The translations under genes and the position numbers were made by a program. From a virus (lineage: Duplodnaviria > Caudoviricetes), in the IMG/VR virus record IMGVR_UViG_3300021197_001671, positions 1-52,642 of that record: a stretch of 52,642 nt of DNA; one strand, written 5' to 3'. The notes below the pieces were generated by a model that searched no databases, was not told the origin of the DNA, and was given only the letters and a program-made list of their open reading frames with translations. Positions 37,530 through 46,723 of this stretch are shown piece after piece (positions within the stretch are counted from its first letter, which is position 1; every line of letters starts with the position of its first letter).

Positions 37530-39644
37530 TTACTGACCGTCAGACTTTGCTGAGTAACGGTGGTCAACCATACCGCCACCGAAGTCTTGACGAACTAGCA
37601 TACTCATACCGTCAACATCCATTGAGTTGATTGTCTCGGTCGCCATACCTTCGTTTCCAGCTAGGTACGCATATTCAAATGCGAACATGTTGCGTGCGAA
37701 CGCGTAGAACGCCTTTGTACCGATTGATGGTACATCAGACAAGCGAGGCTCGATTACATAATCAAACGTCTTGCGGTTTGCACTCACACCATCGACGGTG
37801 GTCGGGAAGTACCCAAGGTCAGAGAACAATTTACGTGCCTTTGACTCAAGCTCAGGTGGTAATGCTAACTTGTTCCATTGAATATTCATGTGCTGACCAT
37901 CCAATGTCTTCTGCTTACGACCAAGTAGACGTAAGGCGTCTAATGCGACATCACCGAACTCAGAACCTGCACCAGAGATAAGGTTACTATGCTCAGCGTG
38001 ATAAAGTGTTTTACCATCGTTCATCACATTGTTAGTAACACCGTATTTCTTAGGGTCGTGACCAGTAATCAGCGCCCACATTACATCTGACTCCATGCGT
38101 GAACCTGCCGCACCCCACATTCTAGGGATGATGTTCAATGCAGACATGTCGTCATTGATGAACATTTGACGTGAGACACCGATTTTACGTGCGAACGTAT
38201 GAATACGATACTTCTCTTTACTTTCAGAGAACGTACCTGCTTGGTACTCACCGTTTTGCCCAAGTAACTTGAGGTCAGGTGCATCACCAAGCGTGTACGT
38301 GTTGTTCTCACGGAAATCGTTCACTGTTGTGCGATGACAGAGGTCACGGAATGTCTGCCCTTCTTCTTCGTACGAACCACGTAATGTCTTATTCATCACG
38401 TTCTCGAAGATTAACGGGAAGTCCGAATCAGATTGGAATGCACGACCAGCGAGCGCCATCTTACTGAGACCTGCTAGTGACTTACCGTTCACACCACTAT
38501 TGTACTGGCGGAACATCTCAGACATCGTCATACCAGTATATTGACGCGAACCGTCTTTCAACTCGTTCTTAGCTGGGTCTTGGATGTGATAAAAGTATTC
38601 CTCAAGTGCAGTACGCTTCGCGGTCACACCTGACTCTTGTTCACCCATGATTAACGGGTTGTTACCTGCCGAACGTGCAGCAAGTGCGCTCATACATTCC
38701 GTCTGGAAGTCAGCAAGCGACAAGTTATTGTCAAAGTGACGAGCAATGTCGGCAGACTCCATACCAACGAGCGCACCAGCATCCATGAACGAACCCATTG
38801 TACGTACAACAGGTTCGGCAACAGGTGCGGCAACAGGTGCAGCAACAGGTGCGGCAACAGGTGCGGCAACAGGTGCGACAACAGGTGCAGGTGCAGGCAT
38901 ACTACGTGCAATGATTGCTTGTGCGTCGGCAATCTCCTGTGCTGTTGGTAATGGGTTTGCAGCAGGTGCACCACCACCGTTACCACCTTCGGGATTTTGC
39001 GGCTCAAATAGTGAGCGGTGTTTCATACGTAAAGCTTTCAACATGTCAGATTCTCCTGTGATTTTGACATCGTGTACGTGTGTGTCGTCAGGTCGGTGAC
39101 GAATACCGTTTGTTGTTTCGAAAGATACAGGCACCATTGATAATTCAAGTGGTTCCCAGTCAATAGCGCGGTAAGTGTCGATTTTGTCACCAACTGTGAC
39201 CTGATACTCATGTACATCATAACCCAATGAGAAATGACGAATGATACCAGCCTCAACCTTATCCCATATCGCACCTTCTGAAAACTTAGCACGACCTTTT
39301 ATTTCACCATTCACAATCTCGTAACTGGTTGTCACCCCGTGGATGTCCTCAACACCGCGGTATGTGCGGTGATTGTCCATCACGGATAAACCTTTATCTA
39401 ACCTTGCTGTGCGAACAGCACTCGGTGTTACTTCAAGTTCCTCCATGAACGCACCAATATCCCAATGGTACCGTTTGCCCGACTCACCCGTCGTGAACAC
39501 AATTTCAACAGTGCGTTCCTCAGAGTCAATTTCACCGATGGTGCCGTTGACACGAGTGTCGTCATTGTTGCGAGACATAGACATCGACATCCCTACAGCG
39601 TTAGCCGAGCGAGACATTCTAAACGGTGTCTTGTTTGTAGTCAT
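37530..39644 (-). CDS. Prohead protease-scaffold-major capsid fusion (Mu gpT-like capsid)
   Basis: Protease motifs MDNH, FSLGY, WEPLELSMVP; APVA linker; capsid motifs SDFPLIF, VNDFRE, GEY, SRQMFINDD; ATG 39644 after AGGAGG (704 aa). Confidence 0.9.
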   Translation of the reverse strand: MTTNKTPFRMSRSANAVGMSMSMSRNNDDTRVNGTIGEIDSEERTVEIVFTTGESGKRYHWDIGAFMEELEVTPSAVRTARLDKGLSVMDNHRTYRGVEDIHGVTTSYEIVNGEIKGRAKFSEGAIWDKVEAGIIRHFSLGYDVHEYQVTVGDKIDTYRAIDWEPLELSMVPVSFETTNGIRHRPDDTHVHDVKITGESDMLKALRMKHRSLFEPQNPEGGNGGGAPAANPLPTAQEIADAQAIIARSMPAPAPVVAPVAAPVAAPVAAPVAAPVAEPVVRTMGSFMDAGALVGMESADIARHFDNNLSLADFQTECMSALAARSAGNNPLIMGEQESGVTAKRTALEEYFYHIQDPAKNELKDGSRQYTGMTMSEMFRQYNSGVNGKSLAGLSKMALAGRAFQSDSDFPLIFENVMNKTLRGSYEEEGQTFRDLCHRTTVNDFRENNTYTLGDAPDLKLLGQNGEYQAGTFSESKEKYRIHTFARKIGVSRQMFINDDMSALNIIPRMWGAAGSRMESDVMWALITGHDPKKYGVTNNVMNDGKTLYHAEHSNLISGAGSEFGDVALDALRLLGRKQKTLDGQHMNIQWNKLALPPELESKARKLFSDLGYFPTTVDGVSANRKTFDYVIEPRLSDVPSIGTKAFYAFARNMFAFEYAYLAGNEGMATETINSMDVDGMSMLVRQDFGGGMVDHRYSAKSDGQ

Positions 39645-39689
39645 GTCGAAAGACCTCCTTTGATTTAGTTCCCGTGACAGACAGATTGC

Positions 39690-39779
39690 ATGATATACAA
39701 AACCAACTGAGTTTGCAAACACCTGTCTAGTAAACAGCATGTGTCTTTATTTTGACCAGTGCCAATAATATGACATAAT
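39690..39779. promoter_or_regulatory. Back-to-back promoters for capsid/tail operon and fibre cassette
   Basis: Minus strand TTGCAA(39718-39713)-17 nt-TATCAT; plus strand TTGACC(39752)-16 nt-CATAAT. Confidence 0.55.
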
Positions 39780-39812
39780 GACCCTCGACCAACTATACAG
39801 GAGTATATCAAT

Positions 39813-40217
39813 ATGTCGAACTGGCCTAAACACAGGCGTCACTATCTGGAAGGTAAATGCGACGACAATCAGTTTTTGCAACTGGTCAAAGTCGAACCTT
39901 ATTACCAGATACATTATGTGTCTATTTTGTTCTACACGTACAACCCCAATGACCCTGATGAGGAACCTGTGCACATTCACTCAAACCTTGTTGACGGTAC
40001 GTGCTATTTCATGGCATCTGAAACAGGTGTTGAGTTCACAAATATTGTAGAAAATGGTGTGACATTCACAGCCAACCCCAATGGCACTGTTCAACCCGCT
40101 GACCTGACGTACTCTCGAATCGCGTTCATAGGTGGGTTCGAACAGATAGGCATACAAACATTGATGGTCACACCTGACCTGAAATTCAGAATCACAATTG
40201 ACAGTTATGAGAGGTAG
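39813..40217 (+). CDS. Hypothetical protein (fibre cassette gene 1)
   Basis: 134 aa, AGGAG RBS. Confidence 0.8.
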   Translation: MSNWPKHRRHYLEGKCDDNQFLQLVKVEPYYQIHYVSILFYTYNPNDPDEEPVHIHSNLVDGTCYFMASETGVEFTNIVENGVTFTANPNGTVQPADLTYSRIAFIGGFEQIGIQTLMVTPDLKFRITIDSYER

Positions 40218-40220
40218 CAA

Positions 40221-41288
40221 ATGGGCGTAACACGAATAGGTGGTGGTGGTAGTAGCGGTGGCACTGGTGGTACACCACAGACGATGACAAAGGCACAGAT
40301 TGACGCTTTGTTGTTTGGAGGGATGCCAGAGGGTGCATTGTTACAGGTGAGAGCTGGACAGCTTGTTGACTCTGGTACTCGAATTGAGGCTGATTCACAC
40401 GACATGATTGTTGAGGGTGAACTGCGTACAGGTGATAACGTACTGCAACTTGGTGATGACTTTGTAATGTACGATGCACACGGTGGTGTGGGGTATAGGT
40501 TACCTAACGGTAGGGAGTCGATGGCGGTACTGGTTGACTATGACGCTAATGGTACTGGTCGCCCATACTACCCTAAGCTTGGTGCTCAGGTGTTTGTCCC
40601 GTTGAACTCAAGTTACGACATGACAATCAGTCAGTACATTGATTTCAGCTACACAACAACCCTAGAACTACTTGTGTGGGATATGTTTGTTTGGCCTCTA
40701 ACGGCTGGTACATTACATGTGACAATCTACGAGGATGCATTGACGACAGGTGATGTGTTATACCAACATTACATTGATGTGAAAACATCTGACCTGAACG
40801 CACCAATGAGCCTAGGTGTCCACAGTCCTTGGATTAGCAAACCAAATAAAACTCTGTACGCTGTGTTTCAAGGTATCGACCTTGCTGGCGGTGTTGCTCA
40901 GGCTGGTGACAAGATGGTTGGTATCAACGGTATTTACTTAGATTTCATCGCACATCCTCACTCGAAAGCATACATTGACGAGCTACTATTACCTCCACAA
41001 CCCGCTGAAATGTCAGTCGACTTCACTGTCGTTAACAACGGTACCTACATTGTTGACTCAACGAATAACACCGTGTCTGTGACAGCATCAAGTGACCCGT
41101 CAATACTGACGTTCACAATCATCGTGAAAACGGCAGCCGTACACAACGGTCACATCAGTGTGCTTGTCGGCAAAGATGGTCTGACACTGAATGAGGACAA
41201 TTCGAATAACACCTATGTTTTCATTAGGTCTGGTGCTGTTTTCAATGTCTATGAGAATGGTGTTTACAAAGAATACTTGGAGATTTAA
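40221..41288 (+). CDS. Probable virion appendage/fibre adaptor protein
   Basis: Gly-rich N-terminus, beta-rich body, C-terminal GTYIVDST..VSVT domain typical of fibre proteins; GAGG RBS. Confidence 0.55.
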   Translation: MGVTRIGGGGSSGGTGGTPQTMTKAQIDALLFGGMPEGALLQVRAGQLVDSGTRIEADSHDMIVEGELRTGDNVLQLGDDFVMYDAHGGVGYRLPNGRESMAVLVDYDANGTGRPYYPKLGAQVFVPLNSSYDMTISQYIDFSYTTTLELLVWDMFVWPLTAGTLHVTIYEDALTTGDVLYQHYIDVKTSDLNAPMSLGVHSPWISKPNKTLYAVFQGIDLAGGVAQAGDKMVGINGIYLDFIAHPHSKAYIDELLLPPQPAEMSVDFTVVNNGTYIVDSTNNTVSVTASSDPSILTFTIIVKTAAVHNGHISVLVGKDGLTLNEDNSNNTYVFIRSGAVFNVYENGVYKEYLEI

Positions 41289-41291
41289 CAA

Positions 41292-44200
41292 ATGACACTA
41301 AAACATATACCGAAGGTGATAACACCTGACGAGCACAACAAACCTCTGAACATACCTGACGCGTCATGGCACGTTAACAACATGCATGGTATCGGTATGT
41401 TCGGGTTCAACAATACATCCACATACATGCACAACAAGGACAATACTGTGAGGTGGGGTGTACACGACCATCACGCAGTACTCACCGTTAGTGGTGACCA
41501 AAGACTATTCACATCAGCAGTGGCGACACAGTTGTCACACGGTGTGAACCTACTCAACATCACACCTGACCATATTGCGATATCGTACAAGCCGACAGGT
41601 GGTGTATTACACAACGTGTTCAGGGCTGATGACGACTGTACTGAGATGAAGTATAGCAACGTCAATGTATTCAGGGCTGACTCAACTAAGACAGCGGTCA
41701 ATTACAACGGTCATGACATGTTGTGGATTGGTGGGCTCGAAGTCAACCTACGTAGACTTAACAGACACGGTGATAGTAAATCGCTCGTGCACGCCAGTAC
41801 AAGCACCGTCGAACTTGGTGGTGCAGTTAACGACACGCATTACACTGCTGTGCGAAGCGTTGACGGTACAACAACGTTCGCTAACGCTGAATTCCTCAAC
41901 CGTAGCATACCGATTAACGACAGACGAAGTTCTGCGGGTGTTGAGGTGAAGAACAACGGTGATGTTGCAATTACAGCACGTAGTCGCAAAATCATGGAGA
42001 CAACTGACCTGTCGTTCACGATATATGGTCACGACTACACTGACCCGCTATCAACGTTCAGTGACAGGTTTGAGATGCTGAAGTCACAAGACAGCACCGT
42101 TGAGCTTGCATCACCGAACAGAGGCTCGTTTGTACTGCTTGACGGTGATGCTGAGAGTGGTCAGCTTGGGTATGACGTTAATGGTGTGTCGGTGTTCTGG
42201 TCAACGGGTATGACACGTCTGAACAGACCCAACTCACTCACCGATACAGACCACATGATGCTTGTGGGTAACGAAACCAATGTGACGATGCACGGTGTCT
42301 CTGGTACGGGTCATGCGATGAAGATGCTCGACTCATGGTCGGGTAATGTCGAACTATCTAACGGTAAGACTGGTGCTGAACAGGCTAAATTGTTCATGCA
42401 TCATTCGGGTCGCCTTGACATTGTTGAATATGGGAAGGTGCTTGACCTAACTAGCCTTGGTGCACGACGCCTGTTGAGTGATGACTCAAGTGTTGCTCTA
42501 ATCACGGGCGACCTTAACAGTGTACACGTATACGGTGCTGAGGGTGATGTCAACTACACCATGTTACGCGGTGAGTCTGGTACCACAATACTTGAGGGTA
42601 GCGGTACAGCCGCGAGTTTATCACGCATAACGATGCATGACCTAGGTGGCATGACGTTTGAATCAGGTAGCGATGCATTTACGTTCGACGACGTGTATCA
42701 ATTGATAGGTGGTGCTGACGGTGGTGGTGACTCAGCGGCCTTGGCAAGAGAGGTCGAGGCTGCTCGTGTTGCTCGTGTTGATATTGAGTTGAAACATACT
42801 CAGGACGTCGCGACCCTGCGTAGTGAGATGGCGTCGTTATCTGGCGGTACACCAGTGACAATAATACCCGACCAAGTTGTACGAGGCACCTCGGTTGGTG
42901 ACAAGAAAGCACTTGAGACAACACCGACAAGCGTTGTCGTTTACGGTGCGTCTGGTGACGCTGAATACCCAATGTTAACAGGTGATTCAGGTACAACGAT
43001 ACTTGCCGCACAGGGTGACGCACGTGTCGAGTTAGATGTTGCTGGTGAGCTGACGCTGGTGTCAGGTGTAAAGCGAATCACACTCGACCAGTTACTAGTA
43101 TTACTGGATGGCACACCATCAGTGGCTGTACCTGAAGGGAACGCAATCAGTAACGACGCGAACACCGCCCAAGTAATATGCAACGACGACGGTACAATCA
43201 GTTACATCATAAATGGTAACCCTACAAACCCGTTTATCATGGACAGCCTGACAAGTAACACGTCACTTGCAAATGTTGCTGTTGGTGATGATACGGTCAC
43301 ATACACCGACAAATTCAGCAACGAAACCAATCTACTTCGACCTAGCGAACTCGGTAGTGTGAAAAACACCGTTGAGAAAGTTATTAGTCAGGCTTGGGAT
43401 AACGGTAACGGAATACACACTCTCACACTACAGCTTGTAAACGGGGGTTCAATAAGCCTTGTCAATGACGAAATTGTAATGTACAGCAAGGGTCAGCGTG
43501 TCGACCTGAGCAAAGGTGAGCAATTCGGGCTCAAGCGAAGTGCAAATGAGGGTTACTCATATGTGGGTCGTGTTGAAGGTGCAACTAACCCTGAGTCGTT
43601 CTCATACATGAGTGGACGATGGGGTTTCAACGACGGTGCACACGCTGCGATTAAGCTTTACGATGACGGTAAAGTAGCATTCCGTCAGGGTCACACCGAA
43701 ACCATGCTTGATTCGCTACTGGGTGGTCAGGCGTCACAGCTTGTCTCTGACGGTAAGGTGTACGCAGAACAACTACCTAATAACGGTTACTATCGTTTCG
43801 GTCGAACTGGCATTACAGCGACGCTTGATTTTGGTATAAACGGTTGGTCACTGTCGGACAAGGACGGCAACGCAAAGCTTGCGGGCGGTTCTGCGGGTAT
43901 GTTCTGTGACAACGGTGAGGCTGGTGCAGCACATGCTCAGATTTTCCTTAAGTCTGACGGCACAATCCAGATGACAGAGAAAGGTCAGATAATCGACTGG
44001 CGAGGTGGCGCAAGCACCGATGTTGTGAATCACCCTAACATTCTCACATCGGGCGGCAGTAATACCGTAACCATTGTTGACAACAACCCAACGGACGCCA
44101 ACAAGAGCAAGGTTATACTGACCGATACGCTCGTGAGTATTATACGCAAGGGTATCCCTGTACTGGGACAGAACACACTCTACACACGCGTGTACAATCC

Positions 44201-45080
44201 AGATGGCACCCGTGCCTTACACACAGGTTCATTCACATCACTGTATGCGAAAGGCTGGTTAGGTAACGGTGAGTATGAAGGGTTGAAGCTGGAAGACGGC
44301 CAGTGGAGTCTATTTGCACATGTCGGAAGCGGCAACGACCCTGAGCGACCATTCGGCCAAGGTTTCTTCTCGGCACGTGGTGACATACGTTTCAGAGGGC
44401 ATGGACTCACACCTGAGTCAAACGGTTCGTCATCACTGGGTAGTTCAGCCCGACCTTGGGCGCAGGTGAACTGCTTGGGTGTCAACAGCATAAACGCATC
44501 CACATTCCGTCAGGGTTGGACGTCATACGGCAGTACCGATACAAAAGGCACTACGTACACGAAGGACATTGTAGTAGGTTCATCTCGTAAGTTTGGATTC
44601 AAGGAATATGGTTCACGTTTTCAAGTGTTCGGTGGCAAGTACGACCGATTCACACCTAAGCATGACGGACAGTTATACCTAGGTGACTCGTCATACCGCT
44701 GGCGAAAAGGTTACTTTGTATTCAACATTAGTGAGTCTGATGAGCGTTTGAAGCACGATATAGGTATTCGTGAGGGTCTTAAGTACGGTTACCCTGATGA
44801 GTGGCTTGATGCTTGGTCACATGTGAACTGGACGCGATTTAAGATGAACGATGACGAGGTGTTTGAGGATAAGTACGTAGGCGGTATCATTGCTCAGGAT
44901 ATCATTAAGGCGTTCGAGTCAATCGGTGTCGACATTGAGAGTGAGACACACATCTTGAAACTTGAGGAGTACGATGACAAACCAAGTCGATATAACGTGT
45001 GTTATCAGGAGATTCAGTCAATTGAGAATGCATATCAGAGAAGGAGGCTTGACAGGATTGAGGCTGCACTAGGTCTGTAA
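41292..45080 (+). CDS. Long fibre/spike protein with C-terminal intramolecular chaperone (peptidase S74-like)
   Basis: SDERLKHDI..GIIAQDI..YNVCYQEIQSIENAYQRRRLDRIE; LGSSARPW and LGDSSYRW repeats; Gly/Ser/Thr-rich. Confidence 0.85.
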   Translation: MTLKHIPKVITPDEHNKPLNIPDASWHVNNMHGIGMFGFNNTSTYMHNKDNTVRWGVHDHHAVLTVSGDQRLFTSAVATQLSHGVNLLNITPDHIAISYKPTGGVLHNVFRADDDCTEMKYSNVNVFRADSTKTAVNYNGHDMLWIGGLEVNLRRLNRHGDSKSLVHASTSTVELGGAVNDTHYTAVRSVDGTTTFANAEFLNRSIPINDRRSSAGVEVKNNGDVAITARSRKIMETTDLSFTIYGHDYTDPLSTFSDRFEMLKSQDSTVELASPNRGSFVLLDGDAESGQLGYDVNGVSVFWSTGMTRLNRPNSLTDTDHMMLVGNETNVTMHGVSGTGHAMKMLDSWSGNVELSNGKTGAEQAKLFMHHSGRLDIVEYGKVLDLTSLGARRLLSDDSSVALITGDLNSVHVYGAEGDVNYTMLRGESGTTILEGSGTAASLSRITMHDLGGMTFESGSDAFTFDDVYQLIGGADGGGDSAALAREVEAARVARVDIELKHTQDVATLRSEMASLSGGTPVTIIPDQVVRGTSVGDKKALETTPTSVVVYGASGDAEYPMLTGDSGTTILAAQGDARVELDVAGELTLVSGVKRITLDQLLVLLDGTPSVAVPEGNAISNDANTAQVICNDDGTISYIINGNPTNPFIMDSLTSNTSLANVAVGDDTVTYTDKFSNETNLLRPSELGSVKNTVEKVISQAWDNGNGIHTLTLQLVNGGSISLVNDEIVMYSKGQRVDLSKGEQFGLKRSANEGYSYVGRVEGATNPESFSYMSGRWGFNDGAHAAIKLYDDGKVAFRQGHTETMLDSLLGGQASQLVSDGKVYAEQLPNNGYYRFGRTGITATLDFGINGWSLSDKDGNAKLAGGSAGMFCDNGEAGAAHAQIFLKSDGTIQMTEKGQIIDWRGGASTDVVNHPNILTSGGSNTVTIVDNNPTDANKSKVILTDTLVSIIRKGIPVLGQNTLYTRVYNPDGTRALHTGSFTSLYAKGWLGNGEYEGLKLEDGQWSLFAHVGSGNDPERPFGQGFFSARGDIRFRGHGLTPESNGSSSLGSSARPWAQVNCLGVNSINASTFRQGWTSYGSTDTKGTTYTKDIVVGSSRKFGFKEYGSRFQVFGGKYDRFTPKHDGQLYLGDSSYRWRKGYFVFNISESDERLKHDIGIREGLKYGYPDEWLDAWSHVNWTRFKMNDDEVFEDKYVGGIIAQDIIKAFESIGVDIESETHILKLEEYDDKPSRYNVCYQEIQSIENAYQRRRLDRIEAALGL

Positions 45081-45085
45081 TGAGA

Positions 45086-45107
45086 AACGGGGCATGGACG
45101 CCCCACC
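45086..45107 (+). repeat. 22-bp hairpin element, copy 2
   Basis: AACGGGGCATGGACGCCCCACC, 5 nt after the fibre stop codon. Confidence 0.95.
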
Positions 45108-45109
45108 CT

Positions 45110-45379
45110 CTATTTAGCTTTCTTTTTCATCTGCCTGTGATGATTTCTACCGTACCTGTGAACCTCCTGTATCGAGTTGTTACGTTTCGCTGACCACACC
45201 CGTTTTTGACGAGATAGCTGGAACAAGTCCCAAGGCCATGTGCACGCAAATTTCAAAGTCTTAATGATGTCCTCACGTCTGATTTTGGTGTATTGCGTTG
45301 TGATGCTCAACATTGCTGTTGAGAACCCGATACCGCCACCCACGTAGAACAATAATGCAAACAATAAATAGCTAGTCAT
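45110..45379 (-). CDS. Membrane protein (lysis-cluster associated)
   Basis: N-terminal hydrophobic helix, basic C-terminus. Confidence 0.65.
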   Translation of the reverse strand: MTSYLLFALLFYVGGGIGFSTAMLSITTQYTKIRREDIIKTLKFACTWPWDLFQLSRQKRVWSAKRNNSIQEVHRYGRNHHRQMKKKAK

Positions 45380-45626
45380 AATCTTTCCTCAGTTCAGTTA
45401 CAGATTTCATAAACACAGTCACGAGTGTAACAAAGTTGGTCAGGTATAGTGCTACAAGCTCGACACTAGCATCCTGAGCGGTTAACGCAAGTGTTTTATC
45501 CATCAGGGTGTCCAACCACAGGTAAAGTGCCACAAGTGTCATCAGGTGGATTACACGCATCTGAATCAGTGTCTTGTGTATCGGTTGGCTCCACATGAAC
45601 CCCAACATTGTCGTCAAAGTCTTCAC
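45372..45626 (-). CDS. Holin-like two-helix membrane protein
   Basis: Two hydrophobic segments, 84 aa, adjacent to spanin candidates. Confidence 0.5.
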   Translation of the reverse strand: MKTLTTMLGFMWSQPIHKTLIQMRVIHLMTLVALYLWLDTLMDKTLALTAQDASVELVALYLTNFVTLVTVFMKSVTELRKDYD

Positions 45627-45987
45627 GTCTAATTAGCTCCTGTATCAAGTCGTATTGTCGAAGGTAACACGTCTGCACTTTCGCGAAGTTATCAGCGTTA
45701 ACCTTGATTAGTGTTTCAATGATGTTGTCGGTCAGCAGAGGGTCTACTTCGGAGGGCATTAAATCAAAAAAACAGGGCGTCATGAGAGCCCTGTCGATTG
45801 GTGGTAGCTTTACAACATCCGATACGTCAGAAACTGTAATTTCGGGGTCGTTCAATGATATTGTACGTGTCGTTGAACATCCCGACAATTGTGGCACCAC
45901 CACTGTCACCACCAAGGCCGTGACCGTGCTGCACACAAGTCGTGACCAGTTCATTCTCCAAGGTCGTTGTTTTTTCATATATACCAC
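45496..45987 (-). CDS. o-spanin (Rz1-like) lipoprotein
   Basis: Signal peptide with lipobox LSGC, LPP..LMTPC; overlaps the 3' end of the i-spanin candidate; exact start uncertain. Confidence 0.65.
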   Translation of the reverse strand: MVYMKKQRPWRMNWSRLVCSTVTALVVTVVVPQLSGCSTTRTISLNDPEITVSDVSDVVKLPPIDRALMTPCFFDLMPSEVDPLLTDNIIETLIKVNADNFAKVQTCYLRQYDLIQELIRREDFDDNVGVHVEPTDTQDTDSDACNPPDDTCGTLPVVGHPDG

Positions 45988-46309
45988 TCACTTTAGTTGC
46001 GATTAAAGCGGTATTATCGACAGTTACAACAGTGTTGTCAAGCTTGGATTCATAGTAAGCACTGAGATGACCAACTGCATCTTGAGCACTCGCTGTGAAT
46101 GAGTTGACAACATCCTGATGGTCACGTGTGACGTCAGCAAGTTTCTCGTTGTATACAACCTCAGCCGCTTCCGTTGCAGCGAAATGACCTGAGTTGTATG
46201 CGTTTGTCGAGATGCTGTGAGCAGCCATTGACAGTACACCGATGGTCGCGACAATCGCGAGTACCATGAGTACTGTCTTTGATTTCAATACAGATGCAAA
46301 TTGTAACAT
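45827..46309 (-). CDS. i-spanin (Rz-like)
   Basis: N-terminal TM helix, helical periplasmic domain, Cys near the C-terminus; GGAGG RBS. Confidence 0.6.
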   Translation of the reverse strand: MLQFASVLKSKTVLMVLAIVATIGVLSMAAHSISTNAYNSGHFAATEAAEVVYNEKLADVTRDHQDVVNSFTASAQDAVGHLSAYYESKLDNTVVTVDNTALIATKVSGIYEKTTTLENELVTTCVQHGHGLGGDSGGATIVGMFNDTYNIIERPRNYSF

Positions 46310-46312
46310 TGT

Positions 46313-46723
46313 TTACCCTCCCTTGGGTGTTGATGAGTATACCCAGTATAACGAACCGATTACAGGGGTCAATATGGTAATTAGCCCCACAACCTTGAAC
46401 CAGTTATTGTTTATCATGGAACGCATACGGTAGCTACTATACTGATATTTGTCAAGGTCTGTAACCTTGGTCTCAATCGTTGTCACCTTTGACTTTATGT
46501 ATGCGTACTTCTCATCATGCTTGGCGTCAATCTCCTTGATTCTCGCCTCAGCATTGTCGTTGTTGACCGTCAGAACCTTAACCGACAGTGCTAGTGACCC
46601 TACTGACTCTTGCATCTTGTGGAGTGTTTCACGGTCTTCCCGACGGTCACGGTCGTGATTCTCCATCTGGTCACGCTGCATCTCCACAAGTCTACTCAGC
46701 AACTTATCTGTTGAATCACTCAT
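46313..46723 (-). CDS. Coiled-coil protein with C-terminal TM helix (holin/antiholin-like)
   Basis: Start MSDSTDK overlaps the portal stop; WFKVVGLITILTPVIGSLYWVY helix. Confidence 0.55.
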   Translation of the reverse strand: MSDSTDKLLSRLVEMQRDQMENHDRDRREDRETLHKMQESVGSLALSVKVLTVNNDNAEARIKEIDAKHDEKYAYIKSKVTTIETKVTDLDKYQYSSYRMRSMINNNWFKVVGLITILTPVIGSLYWVYSSTPKGG

